DNA of 63,672 nt, the filler included, from Octopus bimaculoides (lineage: Eukaryota), in NCBI RefSeq assembly GCF_001194135.2. It is 5 parts of 5 records of this genome, joined end to end, with 100 filler letters (N's around TTAATTAATTAA, not from the genome) between each part and the next. Parts side by side here need not be neighbours in the genome. Positions count along the whole stretch, not along the records: positions 1 to 31,918 come from NC_068986.1; 4 more parts are not named here. One strand, given 5' to 3'. The notes under the pieces were generated by a model. The model was not told the origin of the DNA. It made no database searches and saw nothing but the letters and a program-made list of their open reading frames with translations. The position numbers and the translations under genes are program-made. Each line of letters begins with the position of its first letter. Position 1 is the stretch's first letter. Positions 1 to 12,894 of this stretch are shown here, in pieces.

Positions 1-46
<46 letters not shown>

Positions 47-354
47 TGCATATATACAAACTGTCCAACCCATGCCAGCATGGACAATGGACGTTAAATG
101 ATGATGATATGATGATGACATATGTATGTATATATGTGTATATGCATATATATACATATATGTGTGAGAAGGGTTTAGTTCATGTCTTTGTGACTGTGTG
201 TGTCCCCTATCACCACCACTTGACAACCAGTGTTTGTATGTTTATGTCCCCACATGTTTATATCCTCAGCAAAAGAGACCAATAAAATATATAAGAGGCT
301 TAACAAAAAACTAAGTTCTCTTCATTTTTTTTTAGTTGAATTTATATACGATTA

Positions 355-380
355 TCTATATATATAAAAATGAGAATGTG

Positions 381-427
<47 letters not shown>

Positions 428-699
428 GTGAATCCCTAACACTCGAGAACTACGCAACCAATTTCATTCAAATTTTACAGATGCCTTACTTAGGGTTCCA
501 GTTGTGGTTTAGTAAAAAAAAAAATTTTAACTTCTTGCAGAGTTCGAGCCCACAGCAACATAATATCTCCTCCACTATTTAAGTATTACGTGTCAAAAGT
601 GAAACAAAAACACTCATGTCAAATACTTTCACTTTAAAAATGAAACTATTCTACTAACTGAAACAATCACATTTCGATACTGTAATGACAGATACTTTC

Positions 700-738
<39 letters not shown>

Positions 739-1873
739 TGTATATGTATACNNNNNNNNNNNNNNNNNNNNNNNNNNNNNNNNNNNNNNNNNNNNNNNNN
801 NNNNNNNNNNNNNNNNNNNNNNNNNNNNNNNNNNNNNNNNNNNNNNNNNNNNNNNNNNNNNNNNNNNNNNNNNNNNNNNNNNNNNNNNNNNNNNNNNNNN
901 NNNNNNNNNNNNNNNNNNNNNNNNNNNNNNNNNNNNNNNNNNNNNNNNNNNNNNNNNNNNNNNNNNNNNNNNNNNNNNNNNNNNNNNNNNNNNNNNNNNN
1001 NNNNNNNNNNNNNNNNNNNNNNNNNNNNNNNNNNNNNNNNNNNNNNNNNNNNNNNNNNNNNNNNNNNNNNNNNNNNNNNNNNNNNNNNNNNNNNNNNNNN
1101 NNNNNNNNNNNNNNNNNNNNNNNNNNNNNNNNNNNNNNNNNNNNNNNNNNNNNNNNNNNNNNNNNNNNNNNNNNNNNNNNNNNNNNNNNNNNNNNNNNNN
1201 NNNNNNNNNNNNNNNNNNNNNNNNNNNNNNNNNNNNNNNNNNNNNNNNNNNNNNNNNNNNNNNNNNNNNNNNNNNNNNNNNNNNNNNNNNNNNNNNNNNN
1301 NNNNNNNNNNNNNNNNNNNNNNNNNNNNNNNNNNNNNNNNNNNNNNNNNNNNNNNNNNNNNNNNNNNNNNNNNNNNNNNNNNNNNNNNNNNNNNNNNNNN
1401 NNNNNNNNNNNNNNNNNNNNNNNNNNNNNNNNNNNNNNNNNNNNNNNNNNNNNNNNNNNNNNNNNNNNNNNNNNNNNNNNNNNNNNNNNNNNNNNNNNNN
1501 NNNNNNNNNNNNNNNNNNNNNNNNNNNNNNNATACTTACATTGTGATTTCTGCAATGTGGTGCATAAATTGTCAAGTAAATGAGACGCATCTTTGCCTCC
1601 ACTGATTCACTTGCAAAGTGTTGAGTAAAATTATTTCGTTGCAGACCTCCTTTGGGTCTTTTTATTATCACTACGACACACATAGTCCCCAGTTGGTAAC
1701 ATTGATTTCAAGGCCCTCCTAATGTCTATGTTCCATGCTGGCATGGATTGGAGAGTTATTAATGTAGAAATATGGTATCGTAGCTACTAACAGTTGAGGG
1801 TTGCGTAGTCTAGACGGCGCTTTTAGATTTCATTATTCTCTTTAACCCGGGCAAAGCCAGGTATTTCTGGTAG
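355..1873 (+). mobile_element. Probable non-autonomous Helitron (interior partly in N-gap 752-1530)
   Basis: Begins A|TCTATATATATAAAAATGAG followed by a (CTGT)n tract. Ends with an imperfect GC hairpin ACCCGG-GCAAAG-CCAGGT, then TTTCTGGTAG|T (CTAG-like terminus). Sits between A and T with no TSD, the rolling-circle signature. Confidence 0.6.
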
Positions 1874-2304
1874 TATCCTATAAATGTTCATAGCACATTT
1901 TTTACTTGTATATATACATATACATATGTATGTATGTATGTATGTATGTACATATGTTGTATGTATGTATGTATGTATGTATCTATGTATCTATATACCT
2001 ATGTATGTATACATACATACACACACTTCAGTATGATCTAGGTGTTATATACGACTTGGAAACTGATATTCATATGTAGGTGGATTCATTAAAGTACTAA
2101 ATATTGCAGATGAAAAAATAATTAATGAAAGCGCTTACTTTGCTTGAAACAAACAGAAAAAACGAAAAAGGAAAAATATTCTCAGGAATGTCATTTACAT
2201 AAAAACGTTTAGTTAAGTGAGGAGAGAGACTAAACTAATTAAAGTTGTGAAGCCAGTGTTTCAAGAAAAAAAAAAAAAAATTACATCTTTAATGAAGAGG
2301 ACAT

Positions 2305-2764
2305 CTTTTATCTTTTATTTTTTACTTGTTTCAGTCACTGGACTGCGACCATGCTGGAGCAACGCCTGAAAGAATTTTTTGGTTGAATGAATCGACCCCC
2401 AGTACTTAGTAGTTTTTTGTTAAGCCTACTATATATTCTATTGGTCCCTTTTACTGAATTTTTAAATCATAAGGATGTAAACATAAGGGGACATAAACAT
2501 GCAAACACTGGTTGTCAAGTGGTGGTAACAGGGGACAAACACAGTCACAAAGACACGCTTACACATAGGTACACACACACACACACACACACACATATTT
2601 ACATTGGACTGCTTTCAGTTTTTGTCTATCAAAATCCAGTCACAAGATTTTGGTCAGCCCAAGGCTATAGCAGAAGACACTTACCCATGGTGCTCTACAG
2701 TGGGATTGAACTCAGCACCATGTAGTTGGGAAGCAAACTTCTTACTACACAGCCACACCTGCAC
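2305..2764 (-). mobile_element. tRNA-derived SINE family A, full-length, older copy
   Basis: Colinear with the copies at 12033-12482 and 25663-26097: TACTTGTTTCAGTCA tail, internal (CA)n, tRNA-like head at the right end. Confidence 0.8.
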
Positions 2765-2974
2765 TTACAATATAGTGAAAATTTCAGTTGATGTTTCACC
2801 CTTATCAGTGTTCTTCAGTGAAGGATGAGCTTATCTGTACCTACTAAAACTGAGAGAATATATAAGCAATTTGAGTAAAGAAAACATTGGCATCAAAATA
2901 ATAATGTTGATTCCATTTAAAACTTGATGTTATCATCCTATATATGTGTATGTGTGTGTATATATATATGTGTG

Positions 2975-3021
<47 letters not shown>

Positions 3022-3204
3022 CAATAAGAAAATGGAGGGGAATATGAAGTACTCATCAACTTGCAGACATTGTATTCTGTTGATTAATCTGTTTATTTCA
3101 TAACTAGATTGACAAAAAACACAAAATACAGACATTTATGACATACCATGTCATATCAACAATTAAGATTTAAAATTTAAAGGACATTTAGCAATTGGAG
3201 AAGG

Positions 3205-3255
<51 letters not shown>

Positions 3256-4289
3256 CACACATATTGTTGTTAATTACTTACCAACATTAGGTCACTATAG
3301 AAAATATTACCTACAAGATACTCTCCTCATCATAACTCTACAAGAATCACCTTCCTTTATGTTCCAACCCAAAGGCTGTGGCTATACCTGGGCATCACTT
3401 TTTTCATCTCCTTTTCAACAGTCATTCTCATTGCTGTTTGCTTTTATTGATAAAGGGATTTGATATTACTGTCCTCATTTGAGTTTCTTGTAGTGATATA
3501 AGCTCATCTTTTGGCAAAATATTAAACAGCTGTGGATCCTTGGAATCCAAGGCAGCATCTGGTCCTTACTGTAGACCACGTGTTCTTAATCCTTTTTATC
3601 TATGAACCCCTTTAATTACTATTTTATTCTAGTGGACTCCCATAGCCATTTGATGTTTAAAAACTTGTTTTATTGAAACTTCTTTCAAATTCCTGTTTTG
3701 TTTTTCACATGATAATGTGTCGGTTGAGCTATGTAAAATGTTTGAGAAAGAAACCTAGCTGTTTCTTGCAATAAACAGCAATTCATACATCTAAAGCAAA
3801 AGTGTTTTCAGGTCCCTTAAAATACTGTGGTGGATCTCCAATTTACCATTTTCTTGCGTGGATCACCAGAAATCTTATATGGACCCTCATGGGCCATATA
3901 GATAAGATTCCCAATCATTATTTATATGATGACCCCTTTGATTACTATTTAATTCAGGTGGGCCTCCATAATTATTCAATGTTTAAGGACTAGACAATAT
4001 GACACTCTCCAGACACAACAAAATTTGCTCCAACACACAAATTCACATAAAGAATCTTGCAAACCAGGTACAAAAATGAAGTTTAAAGACTATACATTAG
4101 AGAAAGAAGCTTAGCTGTTTCTTGCAATAATAAATAGCAATACATACATCTAAAGCAAAATTTTTACAAGGACCCTTGAAATACTATTGTGGATCCCCAT
4201 TTCATTATTTTGTTGTGTGGACCCCTCAAAAATCTTATTTGGAACCTCAGGGACCATATAGACCCTGGTTTAGAACCATTGGTTTAAAC

Positions 4290-4496
4290 CAATGGTTTTC
4301 AACTGGGGTCATTATGGCCCTTTTGTTGTTAAAATTTATGCACAATAAATTACTTATACTTCTACAATACACAAAACATTATAATTTTTTATACATTTCC
4401 TAATAATATTTAAATATAAAAATAAAGTAGGATTTTGTTTTAGGGTAAAATAGGAATGAAAGGGGTCCATAGGCTAAAAATGGTTGAGGATTATTG
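4290..4496. mobile_element. hAT-like MITE
   Basis: Imperfect TIRs CAATGGTTTTCAAC...GTTGAGGATTATTG. Flanked by 8-bp near-duplicates GTTTAAAC/CTCTAAAC, the TSD length typical of hAT. Confidence 0.5.
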
Positions 4497-5196
4497 CTCT
4501 AAACCCTTGAAATCCAAGCTGTTGCAACAACTGGTCCTTACTCTAGACAGGGTAGCTGGCACTTTTGGTATGCACGCAAGCACACGCACACACACACATA
4601 ATTTTACTGTGTTGATTGAAATTTTTAATTTGGTCTTTTTTGATGACTGTTTTTATATTCTTATATATATATATAGTGTGTGTGTGCGTGCATAAAGTGG
4701 GAAGTTTTTTGTGGATATATTTTAAAATTTATATTTTAATGGGATTTCTTTTTCTAAATTTTCTACTCATTTTTATTCATCAGAATATCATGAGATACAT
4801 TAAATAAAAAAAACCTGTGAGTGTGTGTGCATGTGTGTGTATATGCATGCATGCGTGTGTGTATACATGTGTGTGTGTGTGCATGTGCATGACGGTTGTA
4901 GTGGAAAGAGATGCTGGATAAGTGTTGTTGATGCTAATCTGGTGTTAGTGGCAGTATTGATAAATCTCACTTTCTTCTGAAATTTTCCAATTTTTATATT
5001 TCGAAAATAGAATTGGAACAAATAGAAAAAAAAAAAAAATAAGTAAAATAAATAAAATGGACAAGACTGTAATTTCCAGCAATTGTTTGGAACAGAAAAA
5101 TAACAAAGCAAAAAACATGACTGAAATGTAAAACATACATACATACATACATACACACGTTCATACATACATATATATACACCACACACAAGCACA

Positions 5197-5253
<57 letters not shown>

Positions 5254-5325
5254 NNNNNNNNNNACACATACACATATATTGTATATTTATGTGTATATAT
5301 AATATATATATGGTGTTTATACATT

Positions 5326-5365
<40 letters not shown>

Positions 5366-5520
5366 CATGTGTGTGTGTATATATGTATCTATATATATAT
5401 ATGTGTGTGTGTGTCTGTGTGATATGTATATATGTATATATATTTGTGATTGTATCTGTGTATGTGTGTGTGTATGTATAAATAAAGAGAGAAAGATAGA
5501 AGGTGCTTTTGCATGCTTGT

Positions 5521-5553
<33 letters not shown>

Positions 5554-5899
5554 AAAGACACGATATAGAAGACTAATGGAAAGGTTTGAATATTGATTAT
5601 TGAGAAAAGTTACCAGAGGAATCAAAATGTTGGATTATTGGTGGCAGTGATGTTAATGAATGAGAATCATTTGGTAGGGGTAAAAAACCACTTCTTCTTC
5701 AAGTGTTCATAGGAGACAGGAGGACTTTTGTAAATCTGTTGCTATTAATCCGTTCAATACACAAAACTAACAGGTTTGTGAAATCTGTGTTGTTATTTTT
5801 GCTTTAATTGTGACATCAATAGCAGATTATATAGGATTAGGTTTATGTGTGTACTTACACAATTATGGGTGTACAGGTGTGCATGGTATTTGATTATTT

Positions 5900-6723
5900 A
5901 TATGTGTATGTATGTGAGTATGTTTTTTGTGTGTATGTGTGTATGCGTATGTGCGTATGTATGTGTATATGCTGCACAGTTATGTATGTTTATATATGTG
6001 AATGATGTTTAATTATTTGTGTATGGTATATAATTATTTTACGTGTAAATGTGTCTCTGGTATTCAGTTATGTGTATTGGTGTGTACTGGTGTACTGTAC
6101 ACATTTATGTGTGTATATGTGTAGCCAACACATCTATGTGTGTATGGTACATAATTATGTGTGTATGTATCTATGTAACTCAATTATTTATGTGTGCATG
6201 TGTGTACACTACACAATTATGAATGTGCATAATTATGTATGTGTGTGTCNNNNNNNNNNNNNNNNNNNNNNNNNNNNNNNNNNNNNNNNNNNNNNNNNNN
6301 NNNNNNNNNNNNNNNNNNNNNNNNNNNNNNNNNNNNNNNNNNNNNNNNNNTATGCTATGTAGTTATGTATGTCAATATGTGTGTCATCATTGTTATGATA
6401 TAATATCTGTTTTCCATGCTGTCATGGGTTGGTATACAATTATGTGTATATATATGTTTACATTACCACAATTATTTATAAGCTTGTGCTTCATAATCAT
6501 TTATGTGCGTATGGTACATAGTTATGTATGTATATGTGCATGCATCACATTTTGTGTGTGTATGTCTATGCAACTCAGTTATGTGTGTATATGTGTAGCC
6601 AACACATCTATGTGTGTATGGTACATAATTATGTGTGTATGTATCTATGTAACTCAATTATTTATGTGTGCATGTGTGTACACTACACAATTATGAATGT
6701 GCATAATTATGTATGTGTGTGTC
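5900..6723. repeat. Low-complexity (TATGTG-rich) tandem region with an identical 145-bp block on either side of a gap
   Basis: 6105-6249 and 6579-6723 are identical and lie on either side of the N-gap 6250-6350. Confidence 0.7.
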
Positions 6724-6876
6724 TCTGGTTTTTGATGATGGTTAATATTTCTTACTGGTGATGTCTCTTCACAGTTTTATAGAAAACTTCTGTGGAAACT
6801 TTGTTTGTTTACTAGCTCAGTCATTTTTAAGGGTCTCCATGACTGCCAAGGAGGGAGGAAGGAAGGAAGGAATTTA

Positions 6877-7718
6877 TGAGGTGGTATCAAAAGGTTCCCA
6901 GACTAGTTATGTTTAATGAAAAATAAACTTATTTACCTAAATTTTAACATCATCTCCTTTGAAATAGTCACCTTGCGCAGGAATACACTGGTTCCAGCAT
7001 TCCTGTCACTTTTGGAATCTAGCCTGGAAGTCATTTTCCATAAGCAAGTTGAGGACCTTTTGTGATTCCCTCTAAGTCTTGACAATGGTGTTAAACGACA
7101 ACCTTTGACCTGCCTTTTCATCATGTAGAAGAGATAAAAGTCTGCAAGTTTTTTGATGAGAAACTGATGAGTGAAGAGAGCTCAGTGAAGAAAACAATTT
7201 TTTGCTCTCTACAGATCTGGTTGTTTTGCCAAATTTCCTCCCTCAAATGCTTCAAAACGTCATAGAATAGCTCTCAATTGATGGTCTGGCCCTGGGGGAC
7301 AAATTCTCGATGCACAATATCACATTTCTGGGAGTGATGCTCATGGCATGTCTTCCAGGGATGTTCTTCCACTTTTGAAGCACCTGTGCCACTTGAAACA
7401 TTGTGTACAATCCATTGCCTCATTACCATAAGCTTGCTAAAGTATTCTCAATGTTTCTATAGTATACTTCCCAAGTTTAACGCAAAATTTCATGTTGGCT
7501 CTTTTGTCCCAGCTTCCTGTCCATGACAAAATCACAGACTACAGCATACACATGAACACAAAGACACAAATTTCACAACCTGCAAAGTAAACACAGTGAT
7601 GTCACTTGACACACTGCCTCATAAAGGTCACTGCTAGCTTTCACTGCATATGCAACCATGTGCTGCCATCTGTTGGTGTGCTACATAACTAGTCCAGGAA
7701 CTTTATGATATCACCTCA
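6877..7718 (-). mobile_element. Mariner transposon, internally deleted and CpG-decayed; same family as 40434-41518
   Basis: TA-flanked TIRs TGAGGTGGTATCAAAAGGTTCCCAGACTAGT / ACTAGTCCAGGAACTTTATGATATCACCTCA. Interior is colinear with the 40434-41518 copy. Confidence 0.85.
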
Positions 7719-8399
7719 TATTCTCAGACCAGAGATTTGAACCCAGGTATGGGCATCTTGGCTGCATCATAGCACTCTCCACCACCTGACAAGTTACTGC
7801 ACTGGGTCTTGTAGTATTTTATTGACAGTAATCCATAGCATGCATAGATTTGAATTGTGCCCCTAGATCTGTAAGCCCCTGGGCAATTACCCAGTCTGCA
7901 CATGCCTTAAGACATCACCAGTCCCTGGTCTGAATACTTGCAAATAAAAGCACCCATGTTTGAATCACAAGGTTTTGTTCAGATGCTTGTCCAAAAGCAC
8001 TGCATAGGAAGATAGACCCAAAGACCACATAGTTATGAAGCAAACATTTTAACCACAACTATTCCTGAACCACCATGTTGCAATCTAGAAGAAATGAGAA
8101 GTAAAATCAATTACAGAAAAGCTCAGATGTAATATCCGAGAATGTCACACAAATAACTCCAAAGATCTATGTTTTCACTGTGACAATGTCAATAATGATT
8201 TCTCACAGTGGGATTAAATCAGAAATGTATAGAGAAGAACGTTAGGTAATTCACTTAAGCTCATTCTGTTCCAAATACTTATTTTATAAATGCCAGATGA
8301 ATAAAAGACTTGTCTTTGAAAGAGGTGGCAGCAGTGAGGAAGGGGCATGTATATATCACCATCATCATCATTCAACTTTTACATACCTGCATGGGTTAT

Positions 8400-8432
<33 letters not shown>

Positions 8433-8856
8433 NNNNNNNNNNNNNNNNNNNNNNNNNGGAGGAGAATATGCGGTATCCATCGACTTGCAGACAATGTATT
8501 CCATTGAATTAATTTATTTATTTTGTAACTAAAATGACAAAGACCACAATATACAGATGCTTATGACATACCATGTCATATTAACAATCAAGGTTACAAA
8601 TGTAAAGTACATTTAGCATACCCTCCCAGCAATATATTGGATAGATACTAGTCTCTTTGTGGCTTGAATCCTCAACCCCTAACTCTCTTGCATTATATAT
8701 NNNNNNNNNNNNNNNNNNNNNNNNNNNNNNNNNNNNNNNNNNNNNNNNNNNNNNNNNNNNNNNNNNNNNNNNNNNNNNNNNNNNNNNNNNNNNNNNNNNN
8801 NNNNNNNNNNNNNNNNNNNNNNNNNNNNNATATATATATATATATATATATATATA

Positions 8857-9195
8857 CTCTTTTACTTGTTTCAGTCATTAGGCTGCAGCCATGCTGGGCA
8901 CTGCTTTGAAGAACTTTTAGTCAAATGAATTGACCCCAGGACTTATTTTTTAAAACCTGGTATTCACTCTATCTATCTTATTTGCCAAACCATTAAGTTA
9001 TGGGTACATAAGCAAACCAATACCAGTTGTCACATGGTGGTAGAGGACAAACACACACACACGCATGATGGACTTCTTTCAGTTTCTGTCTACCAAATCC
9101 ACTCACAAGGCTTTGGTCAACCCAAGTCTATTATAGAAGACACTTGCCCAAGGTACTACACAGTGGGACAGAACTCAGAATCACATGGTTATATG
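8857..9195 (-). mobile_element. SINE family A, older copy
   Basis: CTCTTTTACTTGTTTCAGTCA...ACCAAATCCACTCACAAGGCTTTGG...GAAGACACTTGCCCAAGG, as in the other copies. Confidence 0.7.
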
Positions 9196-9544
9196 AATAT
9201 AATAAAATCAATTTAATTCACTTTTCCATCTTTGTATGGGTTGACTGGCTCAAATCAGTTCTTATTTTCACAGTTACTAACCTCCTCCATCAATCAGGGA
9301 TCACATCTCATTTGTGTCATTTTTGGCATAGCATTTATAGTTGGATGCCTTTCCTGTCATTAGCCAATTCAGAGTTGGTAATGGTGGCATTTTATCAAAG
9401 TTTCAGCAGCAGTAAGTTTGACTTGTTCCTGATAAGAGTAAAAAGTCCTCTCTACTCTGTGTTGTTTCTGTTTGTTCACCAGCAACAAGGAAGTTGCCTT
9501 ACAGCAAAATGAAAAAATACAAAGTCCCACTTTTTCCTTCAGTT

Positions 9545-10025
9545 GTTGAGTATGGATAAGGAATATGTAAAGAAGTGCTGAGTTCTAATTGTGGAGGGTA
9601 CCTGTGGAAGGGGTAAACCCAGGAAGATGTGAGATTAAGTAGTGAGAAAGAATCTTTGGTTGCTGGGCCTCACTGAGGAAATAACAAAGGAGTGGGAGAC
9701 ATGGCGATTTGCTGTACTTGATAAAACATATTGAGCTAAGTAAAATTGCTGTCTTGCACACATACAGGCTTGTCCTTTCTGGTGCTGGCGCCACTTAAAG
9801 AAAAGCACCTGTGCTGGTGCTGCATTAACACATCCATGCCAGTGCTGCATAAATGCACCCATGCTGGTGGCACGTAAGAAACACCCATGTCAGTGCCGTG
9901 TTAATGAACCCATGCTGGTGGCATGTATAAGACACTCAGCACACTCTGTCAAGTGGTTGGCATTAGGAAGTGCATCCTCCTGTAGAAACTAAGCAGACAT
10001 TAAGTGATGATGGTGATGATGATGA
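9545..10025 (+). mobile_element. RTE-like LINE 3' end (C-terminal coding remnant, 3' UTR and (GAT)n tail)
   Basis: Translates, with stops, to VEGTCGRGKPRKM*D*VVRKNLWLLGLTEEITKEWETWRFAVLDKT, matching the RTE C-terminal GRGRPRKTW...DR..WR pattern. Ends in GATGATGAT. Confidence 0.65.
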
Positions 10026-10873
10026 TGTTTCTATTCATTTTTCTCTTTTCTGTACAACATGGTGGGAAGAGAGTGAGAGCAAGCAACTGATAGTGCAGTG
10101 AAGGAATAGAACAAGAACATTAGTGATAGGTGAGGGTTGTTTGTAAGGATGTTGGATAAAAATAATATGATTAAGAGAAGGCAATGATAGAGAATCAGGG
10201 TGAGGGGAGTGAGATGGTAATACGAGGAGGAGAGAGAGGAGAGTAGCACATGGTTAATTATTGGTAAGGATCTTGAATACAAATAACATGAGCAGCATAC
10301 AGTGTGACAAAAGAGTGATAGATAGCAATGACGAAAGGTATCATCTTTCTTTATTGCTATCCATCACTCTCTCACACATCACTCATCGCTGACAGCCATC
10401 ATGCTCTCTTTCACTCATCGCTCTTTCTCACTTCAAGTAATTTTTTTTTCTCCTGTCATTGTGCTGTCATTCACTCCACCCCTCCCCACCAATCACACTT
10501 TCCATGCTGTTACCATTCAAATTTTTCTTACTAAACATCAATCATATGCTGTCTAACTCTCTCCATTACTCTCTCATTACCTCTTCGATTTTCTTGTATC
10601 ACTCTCTCCCTCTTTTGCCTTCACAGTCATGTTACTGCTACTTAACCATTGTTTGGTGGTCTGTCGTTCCCTCAAGTTAGAAGGAAGATTGAATATAAAC
10701 AGAACCAATGAGATGCCTTCCCGTGCTATATAGGCAACAGGATGATGGAGAAGTGGGAGTTATGTGAATGATAATAGCGACAGACAAATTAATAGAAAAA
10801 GTTGTGAGATACAAACAAGAAAGTAACATAATGAAAAAGTGAGGCTGGAATTTTGATATTATACAACTCAATC

Positions 10874-11265
10874 TTCAGTGTGGCTGTGTGGTAAGAAGTT
10901 TGCTTACCAACTAAATGGTTCTGAGTTCAGTCCCACTGTATAGCACCTTGGACAAGTGTCTTCTACTATGGCTTTAGGCCAACCAAATCCTTATGAGTGG
11001 ATTTGGTAGATGGAAACTGAAAGAAGCCCGTCATATATATGTATATCTACGTGTATATCTTTGTGTCTGTGTTTGTCCCCCACTTCCACTTGACAACTGG
11101 TGTTGGCATGTTTACCTTTCTATAACTTAGCAGTTTGGCAAAAGAGACCAATATAATAAGTACTAGGCTTAAAAAAAAATAAAAGAAATAAGTACTGAGG
11201 TTGATTCAAGGTGGTGCCCCAGTATGGTCACATTCTAATGACTGAAACAAGTAAAAAACACTAAA
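10874..11265 (+). mobile_element. SINE family A, full-length, sense orientation
   Basis: Head GTGTGGCTGTGTGGTAAG (A-box-like)...GAGTTCAGTCCC (B-box-like). Tail TAATGACTGAAACAAGTAAAA. Confidence 0.8.
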
Positions 11266-11289
11266 AGATCATCACAAATTCTATACCCC

Positions 11290-11500
11290 TGCATTCGATT
11301 CTTATATGAGATGGTTGGGTCTCCTCCAGCACTTTGTTTCAGCACATCCTTTATGATGTTCAGTTTTTTGAGATCAGCCTTCACCACTTCATTCCATGTC
11401 TTCTTGGTCTCCCTCTTCCAATCGATTTGGGGCACTCGGTACACCTTTATAGAATTGCCATATGCTACACACATCACATATCCATACAAAAGTAGCTTTC
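11290..11500 (-). mobile_element. RTE-like LINE C-terminal fragment
   Basis: ORF 11235-11489 contains KRETKKTWNEVVKADLKKLN, the RTE C-terminal motif. Confidence 0.55.
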
Positions 11501-11525
11501 TTTAAGCACATTATATTCCTGTCAG

Positions 11526-11730
11526 TGGGGGCATGTGACTTAATGGTTAGGGTATTGGACTCATGATTGTAAGATTGTGGTTTCGATTCCTGGACTGGGC
11601 AATGTGCTGTCTTTTTGAGCTAAACACTTCAGCTGGCAAAAATGAGTAAGCCCATGATGGACTGGTATCCCATCCAGGTGGAGAATATATCCACTCTGGA
11701 AACTGGGAAACCAGCTCTAGGAGCCTATAT
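11526..11730 (+). mobile_element. tRNA-derived SINE family B, partial
   Basis: tRNA-like head GGGGGCATGTGACTTAATGGTTAGGG...GGTTTCGATTCCTGG, followed by the central CATGATGGACTGGTATCCCATCCAGG block. Confidence 0.6.
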
Positions 11731-12032
11731 ACAAATATATGAACATTCCTTGCATATCCAGTTTTAACTGAGTTCATTTGTGCTCCGTTTTCCAAGCACA
11801 GTAGCATTGCACATCCAGCAAAGCATGTTTGGTTTATTTCTTCTTAGTTTTTACAACTCAAGTCCTAACTCTCATTATCATGCACCATCTTACTTTGTAC
11901 ATAAGCATCCTTCAGAGTAAACTTCACTCTGAGAGAGAAGCCTCCTTTTTTTTTGTTTTATTCTAGCTGAGGTAATAGCTCCCTGAACCTTGTTTTTACT
12001 TTGGAAACTATGTTTTTAGATTCCTCACATCC

Positions 12033-12265
12033 ACTCTTTACTCTCTTTTACTCTTTTATTTGTTTCAGTCATTTGACTGCGGCCATGCTGGAGCACCGCC
12101 TTTAGTCGAGCAAATCTACCTCAGGACTCATTCTTTGGAAGCCTAGTACTTATTCTATCAGTCTCCTTTGCCGAACCGCTAAGTTACGGGGATGTAAACA
12201 CACCACCATCGATTGTCAAGCGATGTTCGTGGGGGACAAACACAGACACACAAACATATACACAA

Positions 12266-12312
<47 letters not shown>

Positions 12313-12482
12313 TACATATATACGACGGACTTCTTTTAGTTTCTGTCTACCAAATCCACTCAAGAGGCTTTGGTTGGCCTGAGGCTATAGTAGAAGACAC
12401 TTGCCCAAGGTGCCATGCAGTGGGAATGAACCCGGAACCATGTGGTTGGTAAGCAAGCTACTTACCACACAGCCACTCCTGC
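12033..12482 (-). mobile_element. SINE family A, full-length, young (CpGs retained)
   Basis: Minus-strand head GCAGGAGTGGCTGTGTGGTAAG...GGTTCATTCCC with pol III A/B-box-like motifs. Highly similar to 25663-26097. Confidence 0.9.
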
Positions 12483-12599
12483 TAATAAATTTATCAAAGT
12501 AAAACTATGAAATACTTCTAAGGAACCTAAGAAATTTTATTTTATCTGTTCTGTTACTGCTAACTGCACTTGTACATCTTTATTTGAAATATACTTTTC

Positions 12600-12790
12600 T
12601 TACTTAGTTCACAATAGGTGCACAATATGGAATTCCTATCTACTCCTTGTTTGCATATCAAGCACATCCACTTCAATGAAATCAATAGGGTCCAGTCTTA
12701 TTTCTTGCTCACTAAAAGTTTATATCGAAACCACATGATTTCAAACTTTGCTTCCAAGTTTGGCATTTATTTTCTTCTCAGTAGATTCAG
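12600..12790 (-). mobile_element. RTE-like LINE internal fragment (Cys-rich insert region)
   Basis: Minus frame reads LVSKK*DWTLLISLKWMCLICKQGVDRNSILCTYCEL, resembling the KWPCxxCxKGVGxNSIxCxxC segment of some RTE elements. Confidence 0.4.
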
Positions 12791-12894
12791 TTCTGAGAGT
12801 TAGGCCATCAGCATACAAGAGTTACCATAAGCAACTGGTCTGAAACACTTCTGCTATGATCTGGAGAGCTCTGAGACTTAGGCCATCAGCATAC

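Noticed and set aside
2775-2850. Minus-strand exon ending at GTAAGT
   Set aside because: The donor is an incidental product of the adjacent SINE head, and the good acceptors give stops in all frames.
6105-6723. Identical 145-bp blocks as a real duplication
   Set aside because: The first copy ends exactly at an N-gap in low-complexity DNA, so an assembly artefact cannot be excluded.
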